NCBI GenBank assembly: GCA_963674705.1
Contig: OY771506.1
Location: 3,264,001 to 3,328,000, forward strand
Direction: 5' to 3'
Length of the DNA: 64,000 bases
From: Phycisphaeraceae bacterium
Lineage (GTDB): Bacteria; Planctomycetota; Phycisphaerae; Phycisphaerales; Phycisphaeraceae
Positions 37,092 to 47,100 of this stretch are shown here, one piece after another (position 1 is the stretch's first letter; each line of letters begins with the position of its first letter). The notes beneath the pieces were generated by a model. The model had not been told where the DNA came from, searched no databases, and worked only from the letters and a program-made list of their open reading frames with translations. The translations under genes were made by a program, and so were the position numbers.

Positions 37092-39011
37092 TCAGCGTTC
37101 CAGAATCAATGCGTGGATGGTTAGTACTCCGGCGCCCTGGTTGCCGTCCCAGGTCAGGCCGAGGGCGTGGAGGGATTGCATGTCGATGCGGTGGTTGCCT
37201 TGCTGGTTGCCCCATGAGCCGCGCGGCAAGAGTTGGGTCAGGTCGATGGTGTAGCGGTGTTTTGATCCCATGCCGCGCAGTGGGACGGAGTGGTAAGCTT
37301 CGCCGTCGTCGGACGTGTTAATGTGGGTGTAATCGTCGGCGGGGGACGCGACGGCGGCTTCATCGACGATCAGGTTAAAACGGAAGTCCTTGGGCATCGT
37401 GGCGACGAGTGTGACTTTGCTGTAGCCGGCGAGGTCGGTGCTTTGGGCAGTTCCGCCTTCGATTGCCATGCGCTTGGGGCCGAAGATGGCGCAGCCGCCG
37501 CCCCAGCCGGTGCCGCTGTCGTAGGTGATATGCAGAGTTTTACCACGGCGCGTTAAAGTCACACTGGCGTCGGTATCGTTAAACACCGCGGGTTCGGCGG
37601 TCGGCGTTTCGGCGAGGATGCCGATGCGCGGCGGTCGGTCGGGATACTGGCCGGTGAACAGCGTAACCGGCGCAGATGTGAGCAGGTCGGTGGGGATGGC
37701 GGTTGAACTGTTTGCGTGGATCGCGTCGGCTTGTTTGTTGGTTTGACTCATCGCATCGAGCAGCACATCGTAAGGCTTGTGCTGGATGTCGACGATACCG
37801 TAGTTCGAGTCTTCGCCGTCGAATCTGCCTTGGGGCGGTTCGTCGGCAAACTCGAACCAGTGTGCGCCGATGACGATTGGCTCGGTTAAAAGTGCTTCAA
37901 CGTATTGCTGATAGTTGTCTGCTCTATCCTGCTGGGTCGGGACCACTGCGCCTGCGCCGCGTGTATTCGGGTTGCCGCTGTTGTTTTCGGCTCCCCGCCA
38001 AGAGAACTCCGTCCGCATGATGGGCTTGCCACCCAGTAACCAGAAGCGTGCGAGTTTTGACTTGTCCACCTCCGGCCGATGCGGGTAGTGGTTCACGGAC
38101 ATGACATCACAATACTTGCCGCAGACCTCGATCACCGCGTCCGGCGCATCGTTGGCGAATCGTACGCCAAGTATGAGCGCGTCGGGGGCCAGCTCGTGGA
38201 TCACCGTGGTCGTCGTCTTGAAGTACAACTCGGCGGTGTGGCGGATGAATGCTTCACGGTCCTTGTTTGCTGTTTCCGTGTTTACACTCTCAAGCATGGC
38301 ATCGGTGATCTGATCCCATGAAGTGATCGGATCAAGTTGCCAGGCATGGGAGAACGAAGTGACATCGTCGTCGTAACGCTCTTTAAGGAAGTCGATGGCA
38401 GCGTGACGGGCGGTGTCATCTGCGGGCCGAGATAATGCAGATTCGAGCAGGGTGTAGGTCGGCTCATAGACCCAGGGCAGGCGGCCGAACCACGCGGCTT
38501 CGTTGTCGATGAAGTATCCAAGCACTTTACTGCGATCGGGCCAACGCGACAGTTCTTCACTGACCCGCTTATTTACACGTTGCTCAAACCCCGGGCGCAG
38601 GCTGTCGAGTATGCGGTCCTGCCCCCAGCCTGCGGCGTAGAGTATGACCGTCTCGTAGGCTCCGCATCCGTTCAGCGTCGGATCGCTCCACGCGCCCACC
38701 GTGTTGAACCCGCCACGCTGAAGGATCTGTTTAACTGACGCTGTCCAGGCCTCGGTATCGCCGGCGAACTGATGTTTCAGCCCGTCATAGAAGGGAGTGC
38801 CTTCGTTTGCACCGACGTGCCCGGCGATGTGGTTTACGCCGAGCGATAGAAAACGCTGGCCTTGCGCATCAGCGAACCAGAACTTTCCGGCTTCGTCCTG
38901 AATCACGCGGTAATTGCCCGGTCCTGCGATGGCGATTGATGAAGTGAATAGAAGCCCGATGAAAGCCCCAAGTAAAAGTCTTGATTGGGCCAATGCTGTG
39001 GGCTTTACCAT
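37092..39011 (-). CDS. Secreted clan GH-A glycoside hydrolase, GH50 (beta-agarase)-like, with C-terminal carbohydrate-binding-like domain
   Basis: FLSLGVNH, GFNTVGAWS, GYFIDNE (acid/base), KPIMRTEF (nucleophile), IGAHWFEFADEP..GRFDGEDSNYGIVD. Start uncertain (39011 or 39074). Confidence 0.75.
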   Translation of the reverse strand: MVKPTALAQSRLLLGAFIGLLFTSSIAIAGPGNYRVIQDEAGKFWFADAQGQRFLSLGVNHIAGHVGANEGTPFYDGLKHQFAGDTEAWTASVKQILQRGGFNTVGAWSDPTLNGCGAYETVILYAAGWGQDRILDSLRPGFEQRVNKRVSEELSRWPDRSKVLGYFIDNEAAWFGRLPWVYEPTYTLLESALSRPADDTARHAAIDFLKERYDDDVTSFSHAWQLDPITSWDQITDAMLESVNTETANKDREAFIRHTAELYFKTTTTVIHELAPDALILGVRFANDAPDAVIEVCGKYCDVMSVNHYPHRPEVDKSKLARFWLLGGKPIMRTEFSWRGAENNSGNPNTRGAGAVVPTQQDRADNYQQYVEALLTEPIVIGAHWFEFADEPPQGRFDGEDSNYGIVDIQHKPYDVLLDAMSQTNKQADAIHANSSTAIPTDLLTSAPVTLFTGQYPDRPPRIGILAETPTAEPAVFNDTDASVTLTRRGKTLHITYDSGTGWGGGCAIFGPKRMAIEGGTAQSTDLAGYSKVTLVATMPKDFRFNLIVDEAAVASPADDYTHINTSDDGEAYHSVPLRGMGSKHRYTIDLTQLLPRGSWGNQQGNHRIDMQSLHALGLTWDGNQGAGVLTIHALILER

Positions 39012-39280
39012 GAGGCCTCGCAGGAAACTTGTCCTTTGGATGATGTGTGACCCGATCATAGATAAGGACTCCATTATGGTTTCTATGATAATAAGCAGCC
39101 CCGGTCTTCATTGGTAATGCGTGGTCAGCTTGATACGCCACGGCGTGTAACATCCGTTACAATCTGGAGACAAGCAATCCCGGGGTCCGGTGGTGAGGTC
39201 CGGGGGAGTGATGCGGGGGGTAGAATCCGGTGGGGATCCGGAGGCGGGGGCTGATTGACGCATTGCATGGAGGTTCGCGT

Positions 39281-40294
39281 TTGTCGGAGATGCAGCAGGA
39301 CAATCTTGAGGCCTTGGCTGAGCTGGCGTCGGACCCGACGGAGCAGCTTGGTGCGCTGACGTCTACGGAGCAGGAAGATACGGTAACGCGGCTGATGCCC
39401 TGGGGGTTTTCGCTTTTATTGCATGCGGGGCTGGTGCTGCTGGCGCTGTTCGTGGTGTGGTCGACGGTGATCCTGACCAGCGACGAGCAGATCATCATCC
39501 CGACGGCCAGGCTCAGCGCGACGCCGGGCGCGCCGTTGCAGATCAAACAGACCGAACGGCTGAAGACCGACCCGCTGGCGCGGCGGACCGTTTCGCCGAT
39601 CCGCAAACAAGCGCCGATCCAGATGCAGACGAATCCTATCAACGACGCGTCTCTGGTCGGTGTGCTGGGGGCGAGCGGGGAGGCGAACCCGTTCGAGACG
39701 GCGCTGGCGGGCGGGGGTGAACTTCGTGCACAGTTCCTCGGTTCCGGTGGTAATGCGCGGCGGATCGCGTTTGTGATCGATGCGTCGGGGTCGCTGATCG
39801 ACAACTTCCCGTTTGTGATCCGTGAACTGCAGCGATCGGTTAATCAACTCAGCAGCCGACAGTACTTCACGGTGATTTTCTATCAGAACGATGATGTCAT
39901 CGAAATCCCCCCGGTCGGTATCGATGCCAAGCGTGCGACGATTACGATGAAGGAATCGATCAATCAGTGGCTGTTACCCGATCAATACAACATTACACCT
40001 GGAGGCAGAACTAATCCTGTCCGGGCACTTCGTCGTGCGTTTAAATATGAGCCACAATTGATCTTCCTGCTTTCTGATGCGATCACGGGCCAGGGGCAGT
40101 ACGAGATCGATCAGCGCAAGCTGCTAGATGAGATCGATCGGATCAACCGGGCGGGGACGAAGATTAATACGCTGCAATTTCTGCAGGAAGACCCGTTGGT
40201 GAAGGCGGGATTAAAAAGCACGATGGAACAGATCGCCACACAGAGCGGCGGCGTGTATACCTTTGTATCGAAGGAAGATTTGAATATCGATTAA
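39281..40294 (+). CDS. Membrane-anchored vWA domain protein with TonB/TolA-like SxxxH anchor
   Basis: TTG start with GGAGG upstream (or ATG 39290); FSLLLHAGLVLL; MIDAS-like FVIDASGS...GGRT...LLSD. Confidence 0.85.
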   Translation: MSEMQQDNLEALAELASDPTEQLGALTSTEQEDTVTRLMPWGFSLLLHAGLVLLALFVVWSTVILTSDEQIIIPTARLSATPGAPLQIKQTERLKTDPLARRTVSPIRKQAPIQMQTNPINDASLVGVLGASGEANPFETALAGGGELRAQFLGSGGNARRIAFVIDASGSLIDNFPFVIRELQRSVNQLSSRQYFTVIFYQNDDVIEIPPVGIDAKRATITMKESINQWLLPDQYNITPGGRTNPVRALRRAFKYEPQLIFLLSDAITGQGQYEIDQRKLLDEIDRINRAGTKINTLQFLQEDPLVKAGLKSTMEQIATQSGGVYTFVSKEDLNID

Positions 40295-40347
40295 GTGAAC
40301 ATGGATGAGGTCGATTGCTGCGAAGCAGAACGATCCAGGGGCAGACG

Positions 40348-41427
40348 ATGAACATGAGACACAGCCGAACGACAACCTGCGTGATGTTAGTTGTGTTGCT
40401 TTGGTTGCCGACGATGGTTTCGGCGCAGGCGGATGCGGTGAAGCTGTCGGGCATGTGGATCGAGCCGGTGACGGTGGTTTCGATACGCAACGGTCTGATT
40501 GAGTACGAGACCGATCAGGGGGTGCGGATTTCGCGTTCGCTTGATTTACTGGAAGGCCTCAAGCTGGAGCGTTACCCGGTGTTGAGCAGTGCGCAGGAGG
40601 CGCTGGATCGCGGTGACGATAAGACGGCTGCGATCATGCTCAAGCAGGTGATCGAACAGGCCCATGAGGACTGGCTTGAACATTACGCGGCGTCACAACT
40701 TGTTGGTGCATTAGAACGGCTGGACAAGGCGGAAGCGGCGGTGCAGGTTTATATCGAACAGATGATGGATAATGCGGACCTGGTTTATCTGCTGGATCCC
40801 CCGGTCGACGGGTTGGCCCGTGCGGATGCGGCGGAGCGGCTGCGCGCGATCGAGTTGATTAATGCGGTCAAGGGTTCGCTGGATGAGCAGCGGGCGGGGT
40901 TGTTGCAGAAGCTATTGGATGCGGCCGGGCAGCCCGAGGCAGTCGTTGCGCCTGCTACGACTGGCGAAGAAACACCTGCGGGGACGGCAGATGAGCAATC
41001 GGGTTTTCCGATTTCAACAAGTGCGCCGCCCGGCTCGATCGTGAACTTCTACCGCATGGGGCAGCTCGACCGTGCGCTGATCGCGGTGGATGAAGCGCTA
41101 AGCCAGCCGGGGCGTACCTCATCGGAGCTATATCTCAAAGGCATGATCCAACTCACGATCGCGGAGCAGACGAATGATGCGGATGGATATAAATCGGCGG
41201 GGCTGAGTTTCATGCGTGTGGTGACGTACTTCCCTCGCAGCGCGGTGGCGGGGCCGGCGTGGCTGGAGGCGGGGTACGTGCATGAGAAGATCGGCCGACC
41301 TGACATCGCGCTGAAACTGTATCGGCGGGCGCAGCCGTTGATCGATGAGAAGGAAGACCCCGCCTGCTACAGGCGTTTAACTAAGTTATTAGCTGGTTTG
41401 GATACACAAACGGATGATGAAGAATAA
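40348..41427 (+). CDS. Secreted TPR-repeat protein
   Basis: Signal peptide (VSA-Q); helical repeats; FMRVVTYFPRS...AWLEAGYVHEKIG...A.KLY. Confidence 0.8.
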   Translation: MNMRHSRTTTCVMLVVLLWLPTMVSAQADAVKLSGMWIEPVTVVSIRNGLIEYETDQGVRISRSLDLLEGLKLERYPVLSSAQEALDRGDDKTAAIMLKQVIEQAHEDWLEHYAASQLVGALERLDKAEAAVQVYIEQMMDNADLVYLLDPPVDGLARADAAERLRAIELINAVKGSLDEQRAGLLQKLLDAAGQPEAVVAPATTGEETPAGTADEQSGFPISTSAPPGSIVNFYRMGQLDRALIAVDEALSQPGRTSSELYLKGMIQLTIAEQTNDADGYKSAGLSFMRVVTYFPRSAVAGPAWLEAGYVHEKIGRPDIALKLYRRAQPLIDEKEDPACYRRLTKLLAGLDTQTDDEE

Positions 41428-41449
41428 GCAACTGGCCGAGGGAGTGTTG

Positions 41450-42328
41450 ATGAAACATAAAAGCAGCGTGGCCGTGTTCCTGTTGGCGTGGCTCGGGTTA
41501 CCGAGTCTTGCCCTTGCGCAGGAGCAGGCGCAAACAGTGAGTTTATTTCGGATGTTCCTTTTGCCGGACGACCCGGTGGGGGTGCTGATTACGTGGATGC
41601 TTGTGATGCTGTCAGCGCTGAGTATCGGATACACGGGCAGCCTGGTGCTGCGGTATCAGCGTAAGAAGCTGTTGCCGGAGGAGACGCACAAGCAGGTCGT
41701 GCGGATGCTGGACGGTCGGCGGTTCCGCGAAGCGATCGACTTCGTCGCCAAGGATACGAGCTACCTCGGCAAGGTGATCCACGCGGCGCTGAAGGAAGCG
41801 GGCCACGGCTTCGGCGCAATGGAGCGCGGCATCGAAGAGGCGGGCGACAGCGAGACGACCAAGGCGCTGCGGCCGATCGAATACCTCAACGTGCTGGGCA
41901 ACATCGCCCCGATGATCGGGCTGTTCGGCACGGTGTACGGCATGATCCGTGCGTTCGATCAGTTGCAGGCAAGCGGCGGCAAGCCCGACCCGGCGCAACT
42001 GGCCGGCGGCATCTCGACCGCGATGATCACCACGTTCTGGGGCCTGATCGTCGCGATCCCGGCGCTGGCGAGTTACGCGCTGATCCGCAACAAGATCGAC
42101 GCACTGACCAGCGAAGGGATGTTGATCGCCGAACAGATCATCGCCCCCTTCAAACCCGTCCCCGCACAGGCCCGACAGCAACAACAGCAAGCCAACCAAC
42201 AGCAACAAGCAAATAACCAACAAGCACAACCAAACGATCAACAACAATCCCAGCCACCAACCACGAACCACCAACCGCCCACAACAGATTCCGGCTCCGA
42301 GCCTTCGGCCTCGGACCCTAAACCCTAA
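41450..42328 (+). CDS. exbB: MotA/TolQ/ExbB proton channel family protein
   Basis: APMIGLFGTVYGMIRAF and LAGGISTAMITTFWGLIVAIPA; Gln-rich C-terminal tail. Confidence 0.92.
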   Translation: MKHKSSVAVFLLAWLGLPSLALAQEQAQTVSLFRMFLLPDDPVGVLITWMLVMLSALSIGYTGSLVLRYQRKKLLPEETHKQVVRMLDGRRFREAIDFVAKDTSYLGKVIHAALKEAGHGFGAMERGIEEAGDSETTKALRPIEYLNVLGNIAPMIGLFGTVYGMIRAFDQLQASGGKPDPAQLAGGISTAMITTFWGLIVAIPALASYALIRNKIDALTSEGMLIAEQIIAPFKPVPAQARQQQQQANQQQQANNQQAQPNDQQQSQPPTTNHQPPTTDSGSEPSASDPKP

Positions 42329-42352
42329 ACCCAACACCCTAAACCCTATTCC

Positions 42353-42862
42353 ATGTCCTCCACCATCTTCCAGCGCGGCCCGACGAAGCCTCAGATGAAT
42401 ATCACGCCGTTGATCGACGTGGTGTTCCTGCTGATTATCTTTTTCATGCTCGTGAACAACATCATCACCGAGCAGAGTGTCGAGATGATCGTGCCGCAAC
42501 TGGATGAGCCGACGACGCGCGAGATGGACGAAGCGGGTCGGTTGATCGTGAATATCGCGCCTGCTGAGTATGCATATAAGGAACGCAAGGACGATCCGCT
42601 GATGTTCGACGGCGAGGCGCGATTCATCCGCGTGGGTTTGCAGACGTTTGCGGCGGATGACCTGGAGGGGGTGACCGCGGCGCTGACGCAGGCGAAGAAT
42701 GACAACCCTGATATCCAAGTGGTTTTACGCAGCGATGGTGCGTTGTATTACGGCGTGGTTCAGCCCGTGATGGGTGCGATCACGCGTGCGGGGATCGATA
42801 AGGTGAACCTGGTTGCGTACATGCCCGAGCGCGGCGTAGCGGTCGAGCAAGCCCCACAGTGA
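42353..42862 (+). CDS. exbD: ExbD/TolR family protein 1
   Basis: MNITPLIDVVFLLIIFFML, VVLRSDG...YG.V..VM..I..AG. Confidence 0.92.
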   Translation: MSSTIFQRGPTKPQMNITPLIDVVFLLIIFFMLVNNIITEQSVEMIVPQLDEPTTREMDEAGRLIVNIAPAEYAYKERKDDPLMFDGEARFIRVGLQTFAADDLEGVTAALTQAKNDNPDIQVVLRSDGALYYGVVQPVMGAITRAGIDKVNLVAYMPERGVAVEQAPQ

Positions 42863-42869
42863 TGACGAC

Positions 42870-43424
42870 GTGAGTACAGAGAACACGCCACAATCTGATG
42901 CGACGCGGAACGATCGGCCCAACGGTAACGGTCAGACGATCCATCATCGTGCATCGAGCAAGCGGCACGGCCGACCTGTTTCGAACATGCAGCCGAACCT
43001 GTCGTCGATGATCGATGTGATCTTTCTGCTGCTGATTTACTTCGTATCGACGGTGAACTTTACACCTGACGAGGGCGTGCTGACCGCGAAGCTGCCACAG
43101 GGGTCGGGCCAGCCGACGACGACGGACCTTGCGCCGCCGCAGCGGCCGTTGAACATCCTGTTGCTTGCCGCGGGTGAGACGGATTGCCGTATACGGATCG
43201 AAGGCTATCCGCAGGCGCCGACAAACTTCACGGAACTGGCGGCGTTTTTAGTGCAGTTGCAATACGACCCGGCACAGGGGCTGAACAGCGGTGCGTTTAA
43301 GCCGGACAATCCCGTGGTGATCCGTCCCGATGCGGGCGTGCGCTGGCAGCATGTGGCCAATGCGTTCAACGCCGCGGTGCGGGCGCGGTACACGAATATC
43401 AACTTCGCACAGGTCAGGCAGTGA
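42870..43424 (+). CDS. exbD: ExbD/TolR family protein 2
   Basis: PNLSSMIDVIFLLLIYF, PVVIRPDAGVRWQHV. Confidence 0.9.
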   Translation: MSTENTPQSDATRNDRPNGNGQTIHHRASSKRHGRPVSNMQPNLSSMIDVIFLLLIYFVSTVNFTPDEGVLTAKLPQGSGQPTTTDLAPPQRPLNILLLAAGETDCRIRIEGYPQAPTNFTELAAFLVQLQYDPAQGLNSGAFKPDNPVVIRPDAGVRWQHVANAFNAAVRARYTNINFAQVRQ

Positions 43425-43480
43425 TGATGAGGATGAATCTAAAACTGGTGAACCGCGAAGGCGCGAAGAGCGCGAAGAAG

Positions 43481-46330
43481 ATGAAGAAGCGTTTGAACAT
43501 CAAGGCGCTGCTGGCGGTTTCGTGTTTGAGTTTTGTCGTTGGTTTGCCATGTATTGCGGCGGATGAGGAATCGGACCTTGATAAGGGGATGCTCATTGAT
43601 TCGCTTGCCCAGGAAGGGATGAGCGAACTGCTTCTGCACCTGGTCGACACGGAGAAGGCCGACGATCCGGTATTGAATAAGCAGGTCGAGATCGCGGGGT
43701 TGCGGATCGATTATCAGCGGCTGCTGGTTGAATCCGGCCAATTGGCGCGGACGAACCCGGTGCGTGCAGAAGAAGTACGCGACCAGGCGACACGCGCGTA
43801 TCACCGCATGGTCGAGGCGATGCGAGAGCTGATCAGGACGTATTACGATCACGATCAGCGCCCCATCTGGCAGACGGATCTTGCGCAGAGTCTGATCCTG
43901 GATGATCTCTACAGCCTGAACCAGTCGGCGCCGTTGTTTGCGGACTTCGGGGTGACGACGCGCGAGCAGCGGGAAGCACTAGCGCGAGCAGCGCCGGAAG
44001 CGCTGGAGCTTTTGGTTGATGCGCAGTTACGTTTATTTAATCTGCGAGGTGAGGTGGGACGCGACCCGCAGCGGTCACAGCAGTTGCAATCAAGCGGGCT
44101 ATTCTTCCGCTTGTTTGATGAATACGATCAGCGTCGCACGCCTTACTTCCTGGCGAACGCGGCGTACCTGGTTGCGCAATTGCCCAGTGATTCGCCTTAC
44201 TACACCGATCCTGACGCGACTTCGATCCCCCATCGTGAAACGGATACGGATGAGGAAAAGGAGCGTCTGCTGACGCTTGCTGACAGTGAATTGAAAAAGG
44301 TCACGGCCAAGCTGACCAACTCCCTGAATATCCGCGACGCATCGACGGTCTTGCAGGGGCGGGTGTATCTGGCGCGAGGTCGATACGCCGATGCGCTGGG
44401 AGCGGTAGAGGAAATCGCGCAGAGCAGTCAGCGTAATCTGCACTGGCTGACCGCGCGGTTGATCCAGGCGGCGACGACGCAGCGGCAGGGCAAGCCGGAC
44501 CAGGCGCTATTGATGCTCGATGAGTTGATGAAAGAGCCTGCGGTCGTTGCGGACTTGCGTTACAGCCTGCTGGTGACGGACCTGACGCATCGCGTGCTGC
44601 GTGATGAAGCGGACCTGCTGCCGCCGACGCATCGCGACGAGGCGATCACGCGAAGCTATCAGCCTTACCTTGACCTGCTTTCCGGGCCGTTGACGGGCAC
44701 GCAATCGCAGGGGCTGCGCGACTTTATTTATCGCCGATGGGAAGCGTCGATCGCAGAAGATGAGCACATGTCGGATACGCTGCCCGCGATCGTGCGGCTG
44801 GCGATCAGCCAGGTGATTCGCCAGCAGGCGCAGGCGACGATCGATCGGCTTGAAAGCGGGGATATAGAGCCCGGCACGGACACGGTCGCGCTGCGCAGCG
44901 AAGCGAGGGCGAAGTTTAATGAAGCGATACGGCTGGCGAAGTCGCTAATCGGTGAAGATGTGCCATCGGAGATCCGTTCCGAGGCGATGTTCAACCTTGC
45001 GCTGGCGATGCACGGCAAGGACCCGAACAATACGTCCAATCGTCTGGACCTGACGGCAATACTTACCGACCTGGCGGACGACATGCCCAGCGAGCCTGTG
45101 GCTGAAGATGCGATCAGCGGGGCGGTGGGGCTGTTGCGCGAGCTGCACCAGGTTATCCCGACGCCGCCCGGTGTGGAGAAGGCCTACGAGCGTGCGGTGC
45201 AGGTGCTGTTTAGCAAGTTCCCCACCAGCGAAGCGGCGGACAACGAACGGCTGTACTACGGCTACGCGGTGCTAGCGCAATCAGGCCGGTACCGTGAAGC
45301 GGTCGACATGTACAAGCGTGTCCCGTTCGATCACGACGATTATTACCCCGCGCAGCGCCAGGCGATGCTGAGTCTGCTGGCATATGAACGCGAAGCCGAT
45401 GCGACCGCGAAGCCGCGCATCTTGCGGGAGCTTGATGCACTGATGTCGCGTGTCCAGGCCGAAGCGGCGCGCGACCGCGAGAGCAGAGTCAATCCGGATC
45501 GTGCGATGACCGCCCGTCGGGCAGAAGCGACCGTGAGGCTGGTGCATGCGGATTTAGCGATGGATAGCGGGGATTACAACAAGGCGATCGAGCAATTGGA
45601 CGGGTTTGAAGCGGATTATCCTGATCAGCCCGACCTGATCGCCGAGTCGCTAGAACATCGTGTGATCGCTCTGGGTGATTCGGGCCGACATGAAGACCTT
45701 GCCAAGGCAGCCCAGTTGATGGTGCAGGACTTCCCGGACCAGGCAGCGCCGGTGATCGACCAGGTCTTGACCAAGGTTGAAAAGCGTATCGAACGATTGC
45801 AGATCGAATCCGCGGAAGCAAGCGCGACCAAGCAAGCGGCGCTCAAGAAGCAGGCGGATGAACAGGCGAAGGCCGCGGCGGTGCTTTCGCGTTACTTGCT
45901 TGAATGGGCAGGGAAACAGGACTACGACACCGAGACGATGATGCCCTTTGAGGTTATCCGCGCCAAGACGCTTAGGCTGTCCGGCAAGGCAGACGAAGCG
46001 TATCCGATCCTCGCACGCTTGATCCAGGCATTTCCCAACGATGCGGAAGTCATGCTGCAATACGCGGAGGTGCTGTACGCCAAGGGCGATGATGATTCAC
46101 TCGTCGAATCGGTGCGCTACTACGATCGGCTGATCACCGGGCTGGGCGCACCATACCCGGAAGAATGGTGGATCGCCTGGATGCGCCGCTTGCAGATCAA
46201 CGACAGACTCGGCGAAGGCACGGAAGAGATCCCGCTGCGCGTCCGGCAACTGCGCATGACCAACCCCGATCTGGGCGGGCCGATTACGAAGATGGAGTTG
46301 GAGAGATTGGAGAGGAAGTATGGGAGGTAA
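43481..46330 (+). CDS. Large secreted all-helical TPR-like protein
   Basis: Signal peptide from ATG 43481 (MKKRLNIKALLAV...); many TPR-like helix pairs. Confidence 0.8.
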   Translation: MKKRLNIKALLAVSCLSFVVGLPCIAADEESDLDKGMLIDSLAQEGMSELLLHLVDTEKADDPVLNKQVEIAGLRIDYQRLLVESGQLARTNPVRAEEVRDQATRAYHRMVEAMRELIRTYYDHDQRPIWQTDLAQSLILDDLYSLNQSAPLFADFGVTTREQREALARAAPEALELLVDAQLRLFNLRGEVGRDPQRSQQLQSSGLFFRLFDEYDQRRTPYFLANAAYLVAQLPSDSPYYTDPDATSIPHRETDTDEEKERLLTLADSELKKVTAKLTNSLNIRDASTVLQGRVYLARGRYADALGAVEEIAQSSQRNLHWLTARLIQAATTQRQGKPDQALLMLDELMKEPAVVADLRYSLLVTDLTHRVLRDEADLLPPTHRDEAITRSYQPYLDLLSGPLTGTQSQGLRDFIYRRWEASIAEDEHMSDTLPAIVRLAISQVIRQQAQATIDRLESGDIEPGTDTVALRSEARAKFNEAIRLAKSLIGEDVPSEIRSEAMFNLALAMHGKDPNNTSNRLDLTAILTDLADDMPSEPVAEDAISGAVGLLRELHQVIPTPPGVEKAYERAVQVLFSKFPTSEAADNERLYYGYAVLAQSGRYREAVDMYKRVPFDHDDYYPAQRQAMLSLLAYEREADATAKPRILRELDALMSRVQAEAARDRESRVNPDRAMTARRAEATVRLVHADLAMDSGDYNKAIEQLDGFEADYPDQPDLIAESLEHRVIALGDSGRHEDLAKAAQLMVQDFPDQAAPVIDQVLTKVEKRIERLQIESAEASATKQAALKKQADEQAKAAAVLSRYLLEWAGKQDYDTETMMPFEVIRAKTLRLSGKADEAYPILARLIQAFPNDAEVMLQYAEVLYAKGDDDSLVESVRYYDRLITGLGAPYPEEWWIAWMRRLQINDRLGEGTEEIPLRVRQLRMTNPDLGGPITKMELERLERKYGR

Positions 46331-46331
46331 G

Positions 46332-46530
46332 TGGGGGTTGGGGATTAGGGATTAGGGGAGAGGGCAGGAAATACGAACCTTCCATACCCGATACCCGAGA
46401 AGATACCCGGCCCTTCGCTTCGCTCAGAACCAGCGTTGAGGGGGAGAAAAGCCATTAGCCTTTAGCGATTAGCCATTAGCAATACAATATCTACACCCTA
46501 TACCCCACACCCCACACCCGAACTCCTAAT
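46332..46530. repeat. Composite repeat region related to 18568-18900
   Basis: GGGATTA, ATACCCG, TTAGCCA and CCCACAC-like heptamers; 46406-46439 matches the reverse complement of 18659-18692 at 33/34. Confidence 0.85.
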
Positions 46531-46551
46531 CACGCCTGACGTACTACCAAC

Positions 46552-47100
46552 ATGATGAATGATTCACAAGCAACAACCGACAGACCGCTCCTCTATGAAG
46601 GCGTGCGTTTCAAGATTCATGGTGTGGAGGTCGCGAAGCACAGCGGTGGGACGAAGCGGCGCGAGATCGTTGTGCCGGCCAATGCGGTGGTGATTTTGCC
46701 GATGCTGGATGAGAAGACGGTTGTGCTGATCCGCAACGAGCGTTTCGCGGTAGGCCAGACGCTGTGGGAATTGCCGGCCGGGACGCTGGAGGCGGGGGAG
46801 GACCCGGCGTTGTGTGCGGGGCGTGAACTGATCGAGGAGACCGGCTACGCCGCGGCGGAATTGATCCGTCTGATCGAGTTTTTCCCCACGCCCGGCTTCT
46901 GCACCGAGTTGCTGACCGCGTTTTTAGCCCGTGATTTGTCATTTGAGGGCCAAAACCTCGACGAAACTGAAAGGATCACAACTGAAGCGGTCCCCCTGGA
47001 TCGGTCGATCCAGATGATACGGGACAACACCATCCGCGATGCGAAAACGATCGCGACTTTGTTGTATTATCAGACGTTCTTGAGGATGAAACCGCAATGA
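46552..47100 (+). CDS. NUDIX hydrolase (ADP-ribose pyrophosphatase-like)
   Basis: Nudix box ELPAGTLEAGEDPALCAGRELIEETGY, PTPGFCTE, IRDAKT. Confidence 0.93.
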   Translation: MMNDSQATTDRPLLYEGVRFKIHGVEVAKHSGGTKRREIVVPANAVVILPMLDEKTVVLIRNERFAVGQTLWELPAGTLEAGEDPALCAGRELIEETGYAAAELIRLIEFFPTPGFCTELLTAFLARDLSFEGQNLDETERITTEAVPLDRSIQMIRDNTIRDAKTIATLLYYQTFLRMKPQ

